From Minisyncoccota bacterium (lineage in GTDB: Bacteria > Patescibacteriota > Minisyncoccia > UBA6257 > HR35), in the NCBI GenBank assembly GCA_028276075.1, contig JAPYXA010000001.1, positions 1-29,567 of the forward strand: 29,567 bases of DNA. The letters run 5' to 3'. Position numbers and translations under genes: made by a program. Of the stretch, positions 17,744 to 25,437 are shown piece by piece. The notes under the pieces are model-generated. The model saw only the letters and a program-made list of their open reading frames with translations, had not been told where the DNA came from and ran no database searches. How positions within the stretch are numbered: position 1 is the stretch's first letter; each line of letters starts with the position of its first letter.

Positions 17744-18142
17744 AATTTTTAATTTATGTTTAGAAGCAAAGTTTATCACTTTTTGATTTAGAAACCCTTT
17801 ATCTAAAGTTAAAAGAAAATTAACTTTTTCCTTTATTGCTGAAGCTAAAATAGGAGCATCTTTTTCTTCCACTAAATTTTTTAATTGTTTTAAATCTTTT
17901 TTATTCGGGTTATTCACAATAGAGATTTCTCCTAATGTTAAAATTTCAAAAAATCTCATTAAAAGATTAGGAAATTTTCTTTCAACAACATCTAAAAGCT
18001 CTTTTAAAATAAATTCTGAAATAAACAATTTATAACCTTTGTTTTTAGCTGAAACTAAACAATAATATGAAGCTCCTTTATTAGAAATCAAAGAAGAAAT
18101 GATAACACTTGAATCAACAAAAACTTTTTTATTGTTTTCCAT
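17693..18142 (-). CDS. PIN-domain (VapC-like) toxin
   Basis: VFVDSSVIIS, SEFILKEL, KDAPIL and LLTLDK supply the PIN acidic residues. Start MENNKK at 18142 preferred, since the longer track start lies inside the antitoxin ORF. Confidence 0.9.
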   Translation of the reverse strand: MENNKKVFVDSSVIISSLISNKGASYYCLVSAKNKGYKLFISEFILKELLDVVERKFPNLLMRFFEILTLGEISIVNNPNKKDLKQLKNLVEEKDAPILASAIKEKVNFLLTLDKGFLNQKVINFASKHKLKILMPKDFINYLKSIPNL

Positions 18143-18302
18143 AATATTTCTTATAAATTTTTGCTCTAGATTTTTTAAGATCTTTTCTAACTTTCTCCCA
18201 TATTTTTTTGTCAACACTAAAATCAATTTTTGGGCTAATAATTGTCTTCAAAACCTTCAATTCTTTTTCTAATTTATTTATTCTTTCTAAAACTTTTACC
18301 AT
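18129..18302 (-). CDS. Putative antitoxin (57 aa) for the PIN toxin
   Basis: Not in the track. MVKVLERINKLEKELKVLKTIISPKIDFSVDKKIWEKVRKDLKKSRAKIYKKYYGKQ*; overlaps the PIN start by 14 nt. Confidence 0.7.
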   Translation of the reverse strand: MVKVLERINKLEKELKVLKTIISPKIDFSVDKKIWEKVRKDLKKSRAKIYKKYYGKQ

Positions 18303-18311
18303 CTTATTTAA

Positions 18312-18320
18312 ATTATAACA
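18312..18320 (-). promoter_or_regulatory. Extended -10 promoter (TGTTATAAT) for the PIN TA pair, near-leaderless
   Basis: Perfect TGnTATAAT with 9 nt between it and the ATG at 18302; immediately adjacent to the junction core. Confidence 0.65.
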
Positions 18321-18321
18321 A

Positions 18322-18353
18322 AATTTTGAGAAAATTCATTCTGAAATGCTCCG
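18322..18353 (+). repeat. Junction J4: 32-bp core overlapping the tRNA-Asn 3' end
   Basis: Identical to the J2 and J3 cores; its last 5 nt (18349-18353) are the tRNA 3' terminus. Confidence 0.95.
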
Positions 18354-18420
18354 GGGGCAGGATTCGAACCTGCGACATCGCGGTTAACAGCCGCGCGTTC
18401 TACCGCTGAACTACCCCGGA
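18349..18420 (-). tRNA. tRNA-Asn (GTT), CCA not encoded
   Basis: TCCGGGG/CCCCGGA acceptor stem, GTTC/GAAC D-stem, CGCGG-CT-GTT-AA-CCGCG anticodon arm, GCAGG-TTCGAAT-CCTGC T-arm, G discriminator. Confidence 0.98.
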
Positions 18421-18463
18421 ATTAAAAAATTTAGAATTTAGAGTGCATATAAATTATACAACA

Positions 18464-18901
18464 TTACCTTAAAACAATCAAAATTGCTCCAACGATCACA
18501 CAAGTTATTCCTAAAATTGCTTTCCAATTCAATGTCTCTCCTAAAATAAAAACAGAAAACAAAAGAACAAAAACCAAGCTTAATCTATCAATAACTGCCA
18601 CATTAGTTGCTGGACCGAATTTTAAAGCCCAGAAATAAAAAAGCCAAGACAAAGCACCAAAAATTCCAGATAAAACAATCCACTTCCAATCTTGAGAAGA
18701 TAAAGTACTCAGAGAAATATTTGTTAATTTTCCTAAAGATAAACTCGTTAAAACTAAAAATCCAGCCATAATTATAGCTCTTATAGTTGTTGCTAAAGTA
18801 GGATCAACGTTCTTAAGACCTAATTTTCCAAATATCGCAACTAAACTTGCTGTTATAGCTGAAAGTAAAGCAAAACTTATGTATAAAATTTTACTTGACA
18901 T
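18464..18901 (-). CDS. EamA/DMT-family membrane transporter (single repeat)
   Basis: AIFGKLGLKNVDPTLATTIR, ALSWLFYFWAL, VIDRLSLVF, ILGETL. ATG at 18901 preferred. Confidence 0.88.
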   Translation of the reverse strand: MSSKILYISFALLSAITASLVAIFGKLGLKNVDPTLATTIRAIIMAGFLVLTSLSLGKLTNISLSTLSSQDWKWIVLSGIFGALSWLFYFWALKFGPATNVAVIDRLSLVFVLLFSVFILGETLNWKAILGITCVIVGAILIVLR

Positions 18902-19015
18902 GTTATAATTTAAGAAAATTAACAAAAACTAAATTGCTAGATTAATCTTTTACTAATTGACAACCAATTTTTTATTTAACTAATTATGTACAAATTATAA
19001 ATCTTATTTTAAATC

Positions 19016-19897
19016 ATGAAAAAATATTTTCAAAATTTAATTAAAAAAGCGATTATACCTGTAGCGGGTTTAGGCACAAGATTTTTACCAGCCACCAAAG
19101 CTCAACCCAAAGAAATGCTGCCTATAATTGACAAACCTGTTATTCAATATATTGTAGAAGAAGCAACTTTATCAGGAATTGAAAATATAATTTTTATAAC
19201 AGGAAGGAACAAAAGAGCAATTGAAGATCATTTTGATTATATTCCAGAATTAGAAAATAAACTTTTTCAAAAAAATGAACACGAAAAAATCAATCAAATA
19301 AGATCTATATCTCATTTAGCCAATTTTATTTATGTTAGACAAAAATTACCAAAAGGAGATGGAGATGCTATATTGCAAGCTAAACATTTAATTAATAACG
19401 AACCATTTGCTGTACTTTTTGGAGACGATATCGTAATTTCTAAAAAACCATCAATTTTTCAACTTATAGAAGTTTTTAAGAAATATAGAGACTGTGTTAT
19501 AGCATTAGATGAAGTAGAAAAAAAAGAAGTAAGTCAATACGGAATAGTTAAAGCAATCAAAATAGATAGAAATATTTACGAAATAAAAGATATAATTGAG
19601 AAACCAAAACCCAATCAAGCCCCATCGAATTTAGCTATTATAGGTAAATACATTCTTATACCAGAAATAATGAATTATTTAGAAAAAATAAATTACCCTG
19701 AAGATAAAGAAATAAGGCTTGCAGATTCTTTAAAAGAAATTCTTAAGGAAAGACCTATTTATGGAGTAAAGATAGAGGGCAAAAGATATGATTGCGGAAG
19801 CAAAGTTGGCTTTGTAAAAGCTATTATTGATTTTAGTTTTAAACACCCAGAAATCAAAAAGGAGATTAAAAAATATATTAAATCATATAGAGTCTAA
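19016..19897 (+). CDS. galU: UTP--glucose-1-phosphate uridylyltransferase
   Basis: KAIIPVAGLGTRFLPATKAQPKEMLP, EDHFD, FAVLFGDD, RYDCGSK. Confidence 0.96.
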   Translation: MKKYFQNLIKKAIIPVAGLGTRFLPATKAQPKEMLPIIDKPVIQYIVEEATLSGIENIIFITGRNKRAIEDHFDYIPELENKLFQKNEHEKINQIRSISHLANFIYVRQKLPKGDGDAILQAKHLINNEPFAVLFGDDIVISKKPSIFQLIEVFKKYRDCVIALDEVEKKEVSQYGIVKAIKIDRNIYEIKDIIEKPKPNQAPSNLAIIGKYILIPEIMNYLEKINYPEDKEIRLADSLKEILKERPIYGVKIEGKRYDCGSKVGFVKAIIDFSFKHPEIKKEIKKYIKSYRV

Positions 19898-19967
19898 AAT
19901 TTAAAATTTTACTCTCAATTCTTAACTTAATTCTTTTCCAAAAATATTTACTTCTTTATTACACTTT

Positions 19968-20648
19968 TTAATATATTATAGTCCCATCAAATTTTTTATT
20001 TTCTAAATATTTCTTAAAATTTTTTAATTTTCTTCCATTTATTATTATCACTTTTAAGTTAAATTTTTTAGCTAATCTAGAAGCAATGGGATCAAAAGGA
20101 GCTGACATTCCTGGCATCCATTTTCGTTCTATAAGTTTTAAATAATATTTCCAAGAAATTTCTTTAAATGGTTTTGCATCTTTAAATCTATTTGGGTCTT
20201 TATCATAAACATAATCGACATTTGTTAAATTAATAATTGTTGGTGAATTATATGTTTTTGCAAGCAAAACTGCATCATAATCTGTACTAAAACCCGGTTT
20301 CCAACCTGCGGCGATTAAAATCTTTTCTTTAAATTTAATTTTTTCTTTAGGATTTTTAATTATTCTATAGTAGGCCACATTTCTAAAAATAGTCAAAAGT
20401 AAGTGAGCGTTAATCCTTGTTGCATGTATTCCCAACCAGTCAAGATCCTCATTTGAAATTTCTGTTAATTTTTTACTAGAGTTTTGATAATTTCTTGCAG
20501 TTTTACCTCCTCCTACAATAATAATAAATTTTTTATCTTTTTTTATTTCCTCTTGAATTATATTTTTAAAATTCCTCAAAAACTTAATATCTATTTCATT
20601 GGGGACCAATAAACTACCTCCAAGAGAGATTATAAAAAGATTATTCAT
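19968..20648 (-). CDS. pyrH: UMP kinase, archaeal type
   Basis: SLGGSL, GGGKTARNY, DWLGIHATRINA, PGFSTDYDAV, NVDYVYDKDP, PFDPIA. Confidence 0.9.
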   Translation of the reverse strand: MNNLFIISLGGSLLVPNEIDIKFLRNFKNIIQEEIKKDKKFIIIVGGGKTARNYQNSSKKLTEISNEDLDWLGIHATRINAHLLLTIFRNVAYYRIIKNPKEKIKFKEKILIAAGWKPGFSTDYDAVLLAKTYNSPTIINLTNVDYVYDKDPNRFKDAKPFKEISWKYYLKLIERKWMPGMSAPFDPIASRLAKKFNLKVIIINGRKLKNFKKYLENKKFDGTIIY

Positions 20649-20691
20649 TTTATAAAATTTTATCAGAGAAAATAGATAAAAATATAATTAT

Positions 20692-21612
20692 CTAAAATCT
20701 TCCTTCAAGTTCTCTAAATTTTGAAATCTCTTTACATAAATTTTCTAGTTCTTCAATGCTAATATGTTGATCTGTATCAGTTTTTGAAATTCCTGTCTCA
20801 ATTAAAATACCATCATATAAATAGTTTTTATCATCAATTTTCATTTTCATTGCTTTAATTGTGGCAGGTAAAATTTTATCTCGCATTTTAGGACCATAAG
20901 AATGAGACGGATCAAAAAACAATAAGCAACCTGTATGTTGTTTTACCCTCATTGCTAAATTATGAACTGGATAATTTCTATAACCTCTTTTTTCAGCTAT
21001 ATCCACTCCCCTGTGAATCAAAATGATCTTTTCTTTTTCAAGCCCTGAATAACGCACTAAACCTTCCCAGGTTTTTTCTGCTGTTGTTCTATCTTTATAA
21101 TTTTTTGAATCTGCTCTTTTTAAATAATCTCCCAACCATTTTGGATTTTTAATACCTAAATACCATTTGTTTCTTTTTATAAATTGAGACATAACAAAAA
21201 TTGGCCAACCAAGTTGATTGACCGCCGGATTCCATAAAAGCAATTTATTTTTGGGGATAATTTTTTCATATAAAATAGGCTGAAGCAAGGGATCCATAAT
21301 CTCTGTAGCTATTAATAAATTAGTCTCCTTATAAATTTTTTGCGCGATTTTCATACTTTTAAAAATTTTAATATGATGAAAAGTTTTAGTTTTTAATATT
21401 CTTTTTATGCTTTTTGTATAATCTTTAAAATCAATGCCCATTCCTTCACCATCTTTATAAAAAGAAGTTCTTGATTTAAGACCAACAACCCTTGTTCCCC
21501 ATATGCAAGGTTTTTTATATACTTTTATTTCTGCTATTTTATATATCTCTGAAAGATTTTTTAAATCAACAGAACACGGTCCAGCTATAATTTTTAAACT
21601 TTTGTTTTTCAT
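20692..21612 (-). CDS. Divergent DAHP synthase I/KDO8P synthase family protein
   Basis: IIAGPCSV, KSRT (cf. KPRT), IHRG, DPSH, GILIE...TDTDQ. Confidence 0.7.
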   Translation of the reverse strand: MKNKSLKIIAGPCSVDLKNLSEIYKIAEIKVYKKPCIWGTRVVGLKSRTSFYKDGEGMGIDFKDYTKSIKRILKTKTFHHIKIFKSMKIAQKIYKETNLLIATEIMDPLLQPILYEKIIPKNKLLLWNPAVNQLGWPIFVMSQFIKRNKWYLGIKNPKWLGDYLKRADSKNYKDRTTAEKTWEGLVRYSGLEKEKIILIHRGVDIAEKRGYRNYPVHNLAMRVKQHTGCLLFFDPSHSYGPKMRDKILPATIKAMKMKIDDKNYLYDGILIETGISKTDTDQHISIEELENLCKEISKFRELEGRF

Positions 21613-21737
21613 TATTTATTTTTAAAAACTAAAAAATTAACTATAAAAAATCTCTATTAAAATATATTATAATATTTTTTAAAATCTTATTGATTTTTTA
21701 CTTTATTTTTTAAAATATATTAATCAATAAAAATTCA

Positions 21738-22646
21738 ATGATTATAAAAAATCTAATTTTAAGTAAAATCTCAAATTACAATTTTAAAATTATAAAAATA
21801 GAAAGCTTAAACAATGAATTTTTAAAACTTATCAACAAAAATACAAAAAAATTGGAATCTGATTACAAATTTTTAAATAAATTAAAAAAATTAAAAAATA
21901 ACCATCTTGATAACTTTGTATTTTTATTAAGAGCCCTTGATTTTAGATTATGGCAATATCCTCAAAATTGGAGATATAAAAACGAACAGGGGTTTTTTGG
22001 ATTAATGGAAAGATTAATAAAGCTGTTTGAAGTATTACAATTTAAAGAAAAGAAATATTTAGATTACAAAGCAGATTTTTCTGTTTTCAAAAAAATTATT
22101 TCTCCCCAAGAAAACATAACATTAGCCAAACTAAGATATAAAATCTTTAAAGATTGTTTAAAATGGCTTAGAAATTATGACTATAATTTCTATAATTATT
22201 TTCAAGAAAACAAAGATGCTTTTAATTTTTGTTTTAATTTATTTGAGTTAGAAAAATTTAAAGATTATTATAAAGATATTTATTTTTTAAAACCAAATCA
22301 ACTTTTATATCTAGAATATTTACTTGCTAAAAATTTAACGGAAAATTATAAAAATGAGTTAGAGATTTTAACAATTTTTGCAGATTATAAAATACCTCAA
22401 ATATTTATTAATCTCGATCTTATAAAAATTCCATTAAAATATTTGAAAATTTTAAAACAAGGTAAAATAATAAGAAAATTCTCATCTTTTGAAAATGAAC
22501 TAAGATGCGCTTCGATTTTAATAGGAGAAGAAATCAGCCAGAAACTAAAAATACCAAACTATAAAGTAGATAACATTTTATGGGAGCTTTCTCATAAAAT
22601 AAAGTTAAAGATTCCAAATCCAAAAGTAAAAACAATTTTTTATTAA
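21738..22646 (+). CDS. Queuosine salvage protein, Qng1/DUF2419-like
   Basis: LTIFADYKIPQ, ENELRCAS, VDNILW and C-terminal KTIFY; directly upstream of tgt. Confidence 0.75.
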   Translation: MIIKNLILSKISNYNFKIIKIESLNNEFLKLINKNTKKLESDYKFLNKLKKLKNNHLDNFVFLLRALDFRLWQYPQNWRYKNEQGFFGLMERLIKLFEVLQFKEKKYLDYKADFSVFKKIISPQENITLAKLRYKIFKDCLKWLRNYDYNFYNYFQENKDAFNFCFNLFELEKFKDYYKDIYFLKPNQLLYLEYLLAKNLTENYKNELEILTIFADYKIPQIFINLDLIKIPLKYLKILKQGKIIRKFSSFENELRCASILIGEEISQKLKIPNYKVDNILWELSHKIKLKIPNPKVKTIFY

Positions 22647-22706
22647 CCTGATTAATTTGAATTTCAAATTAGAGGAAGACAGATAATTTATAATTAAACA
22701 ATTAAG

Positions 22707-23969
22707 ATGTTTAGTTTCAAAATTATTAAAAAGGACAAAAATAGTAAGGCAAGATTAGGATTACTTAAAACACCCCACGGTAAAATTAACACACCCAATA
22801 TTGCTATTGTTGGAACTAAAGGTTCTATAAGAGGATTAAGTTTTGAAATTGCAAGAAATCTCGGAGCAGAAATTTTTATGATAAACACCTTTCATTTTTT
22901 TCATAATGATAGATACAAAATTGTAGATAAATTTGGAGGACTTCATAAATTTTTAAACATCAATTACCCTTTAATGACAGATAGTGGCGGTTTTCAAGTC
23001 TTCAGCCTAGGTTTTGGAATTGAACACGGAGTAGGAAAAATAGCAGACATATTTCCCTTAGAAAAGCAGAATAACGCTGATTTTAACTCTCATAAAAGCA
23101 GATTAAATAAAAATCAAAAATCTCTTGTAAAAATTTATGAAGATGGAGTAGAATTTGCTTCTCCTTATAGTGGAGAAAAATTATTTTTATCTCCAGAGCT
23201 TTCGATTAAAATTCAAAAAATATTAAAAGCGGATATAATTTTTGCTTTTGATGAATGTACTTCTCCTTTATCAGGTTATGAATATACTAAATTAGCAATG
23301 AAAAGAACGCATAATTGGGCAATAAGATGTTTAAATGAATTTAATAAAACCTTGATAAGACACAAATCAAACAAATTAGACATAAATTTTCATCAATCTT
23401 TATCCAATCAAGTTATGTTTGGTATTGTGCAAGGAGGAGAATATCAAGATTTAAGAAAAGAATCAGCAAAATTTATTAATTCTTTGCCATTTTTTGGTTT
23501 TGGCATAGGTGGTAGTTTAGGTAAAAACAAAAAAGATATTATCAAAGTTTTAAATTGGACCATTCCTTTTTTAGATGAAAACAAACCACGACATTTATTG
23601 GGCATAGGAGAAATTGATGATATATTCAATTCAATTGAACAGGGAATTGATTTGTTTGATTGTGTTATTCCTACAAGATGGGCAAGACATGGAGCAGGAT
23701 TTACTTTTAAAGGAAGAATAAATTTAAAATCAAGTAAATATTTAACAGATAAAAAACCAATTGATTCTAAATGTAAGTGTCAAATATGTAAAAAATATTC
23801 AAGGGCTTATATTTCGCATCTTTTAAAAGAAAAAGAGATTTTCGGAATAATTCTTTTAGCAGAACATAACGTTTTCTGGATTTTAAATTTATTTAAAGAA
23901 ATAAGAAGATCTATTAAAATTGGCAATTTTCAGCAACTAAAAAAAGAATTTTTAAAACATATCAAATAA
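22707..23969 (+). CDS. tgt: tRNA-guanine transglycosylase
   Basis: TDSGGFQ, DECT, GIVQGG, PRHLLGIG, DLFDCVIPTRWARHG, Zn site CKCQIC...HN. Confidence 0.96.
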   Translation: MFSFKIIKKDKNSKARLGLLKTPHGKINTPNIAIVGTKGSIRGLSFEIARNLGAEIFMINTFHFFHNDRYKIVDKFGGLHKFLNINYPLMTDSGGFQVFSLGFGIEHGVGKIADIFPLEKQNNADFNSHKSRLNKNQKSLVKIYEDGVEFASPYSGEKLFLSPELSIKIQKILKADIIFAFDECTSPLSGYEYTKLAMKRTHNWAIRCLNEFNKTLIRHKSNKLDINFHQSLSNQVMFGIVQGGEYQDLRKESAKFINSLPFFGFGIGGSLGKNKKDIIKVLNWTIPFLDENKPRHLLGIGEIDDIFNSIEQGIDLFDCVIPTRWARHGAGFTFKGRINLKSSKYLTDKKPIDSKCKCQICKKYSRAYISHLLKEKEIFGIILLAEHNVFWILNLFKEIRRSIKIGNFQQLKKEFLKHIK

Positions 23970-24135
23970 AAAATAATAAAAATAAATTTATAATAACAAT
24001 ATAAATTTAAAAATATTTTGTCCTCTAGTTTAAATTGATATATATTTAAAAATCTTATAAGAAAGAAAAATTTTAAGGAAATTAAGGGTTTAGATATTTT
24101 TTTTAAAAAATAGATTTATAATTAATTATAAAAAT

Positions 24136-25428
24136 ATGAGAGAGGGATATTATTACCGTAGAAAAAAGTTAAGTAAAGATAAAAATAAAATACCAGAAAG
24201 AAAAAAAGATAGCTTGAAAATAACAAGGAGGGAACTTTTAGGATTAATTGGCGCTTCTGCTTTTATGATATTAGCAGGCAAGTATTTACGTGATATCTTT
24301 TCTGAAAAAAAACCAGAAAAATCGGAAGAAAAAGAATATCTTGAAAAATTATCTGAAATAGAAAAAAATAATAATCGTTATTCAACAGAAGACCTGCAAA
24401 TAGAGAAACCCCAAAATGGCGGCATATTATCAGAAGCTTATTTATCAGAAGATTCAGTATCTGCTTTAGTATTCTTATGGAATAAAAAGATTGAAAGGGT
24501 TAAAAAGCGTATTGAAAATTTGAAAAATAGAAGAAAAATAAAAACTGCAGCAAAACTCAAAGAAAGAATTAATAAATTTAAAGAGCTCCAAAAGAAATCA
24601 TCAGATATGTGGCAGAGAGAAAAAGGATTTGTAAAAGATTTAAATGAATTTGAAGAGTATCTTAATTTATGCACTTTAGAAACTTTAAGTAATTTTGATA
24701 TTGATAAATTTTTAAATACAAAAAAATATAATGAAGATAAAATTCTATCAATAAAAAAATTTCTTTTTTTATTTTTTTTGCAAATTCATAAATTCTTAAT
24801 TAATCTAATTATTACAGAAGTTTGCCATTTAGATAAAGAGGATCCAAAAGAAAATTTTAAAATACTAACCTTTATTCTTAGAAAACATGGATTAACATTT
24901 CTTTCTTTTATCCCTGCTTTACACGACAATCTAGTATCCTTTGGCCCTTTTCAACTAACACCACTTGTTATTAATTCAGAAGATGAAGAAAATATTTACC
25001 CTATAACTTATATGAACAAATTTCTTAAAGAAAATCATAAACTGCCCAATAATTTAGAGGAATTTAGAGTAAGAGACCATTATAAAGCTGAGATTTTGCT
25101 GTCTTTATATTATGTTGCAGACATATTAAAAACTCCAAAAATTTTAGATAATATTGAGTCAATTTTAAGCAATGAAGAAAATCTTAACTGGTTTTTAGAG
25201 CAAATATTTTATTATTTAGCAGGAGCCCATCATTATCCTGGTCCAACAAAAGAGAATTTCGAAAATTTTATGGAAAAATTTTTTACTGAACAGTTTAATC
25301 AAAAAACGGAAAAAGAATATTTTTTAAATTACATAAAAGAATCATCAGAACATGGCAAATACATCAAAAGGTTTGATAGATATTATTCATTATATAAGCA
25401 GAACTCATATCCTCAAACTAAAGTTTAA
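24136..25428 (+). CDS. Hypothetical membrane-anchored protein with twin-arginine-like N-terminus and possible lysozyme-like domain
   Basis: ITRRELLGL followed by a hydrophobic segment; LIITE...SFGPFQLT...LAGAHH. Confidence 0.7.
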   Translation: MREGYYYRRKKLSKDKNKIPERKKDSLKITRRELLGLIGASAFMILAGKYLRDIFSEKKPEKSEEKEYLEKLSEIEKNNNRYSTEDLQIEKPQNGGILSEAYLSEDSVSALVFLWNKKIERVKKRIENLKNRRKIKTAAKLKERINKFKELQKKSSDMWQREKGFVKDLNEFEEYLNLCTLETLSNFDIDKFLNTKKYNEDKILSIKKFLFLFFLQIHKFLINLIITEVCHLDKEDPKENFKILTFILRKHGLTFLSFIPALHDNLVSFGPFQLTPLVINSEDEENIYPITYMNKFLKENHKLPNNLEEFRVRDHYKAEILLSLYYVADILKTPKILDNIESILSNEENLNWFLEQIFYYLAGAHHYPGPTKENFENFMEKFFTEQFNQKTEKEYFLNYIKESSEHGKYIKRFDRYYSLYKQNSYPQTKV

Positions 25429-25437
25429 CAATTATTT

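Larger units (their letters stand above)
5860..18353. mobile_element. tRNA-Asn-anchored tandem array of integrase-less units (defence/TA island)
   Basis: Four related junction sequences (5860-6002, 6575-6688, 17477-17710, 18322-18353), the last overlapping the tRNA 3' end. Cargo is TA and RM-type genes, all intact genes on the minus strand. No integrase ORF in the window. Confidence 0.8.

Noticed and set aside
6578-18353. 32-bp repeats as a CRISPR array
   Set aside because: Spacing is 11 kb and 0.7 kb with whole genes in between; no cas genes.
5860-18353. Classical integron (attC sites, intI)
   Set aside because: I found no RYYYAAC...GTTRRRY hairpin pairs at the unit ends and no tyrosine integrase in the window.
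22694-24674. Minus-strand ORFs at 22694, 23444 and 24438
   Set aside because: Antisense shadows of tgt and the 430-aa gene.
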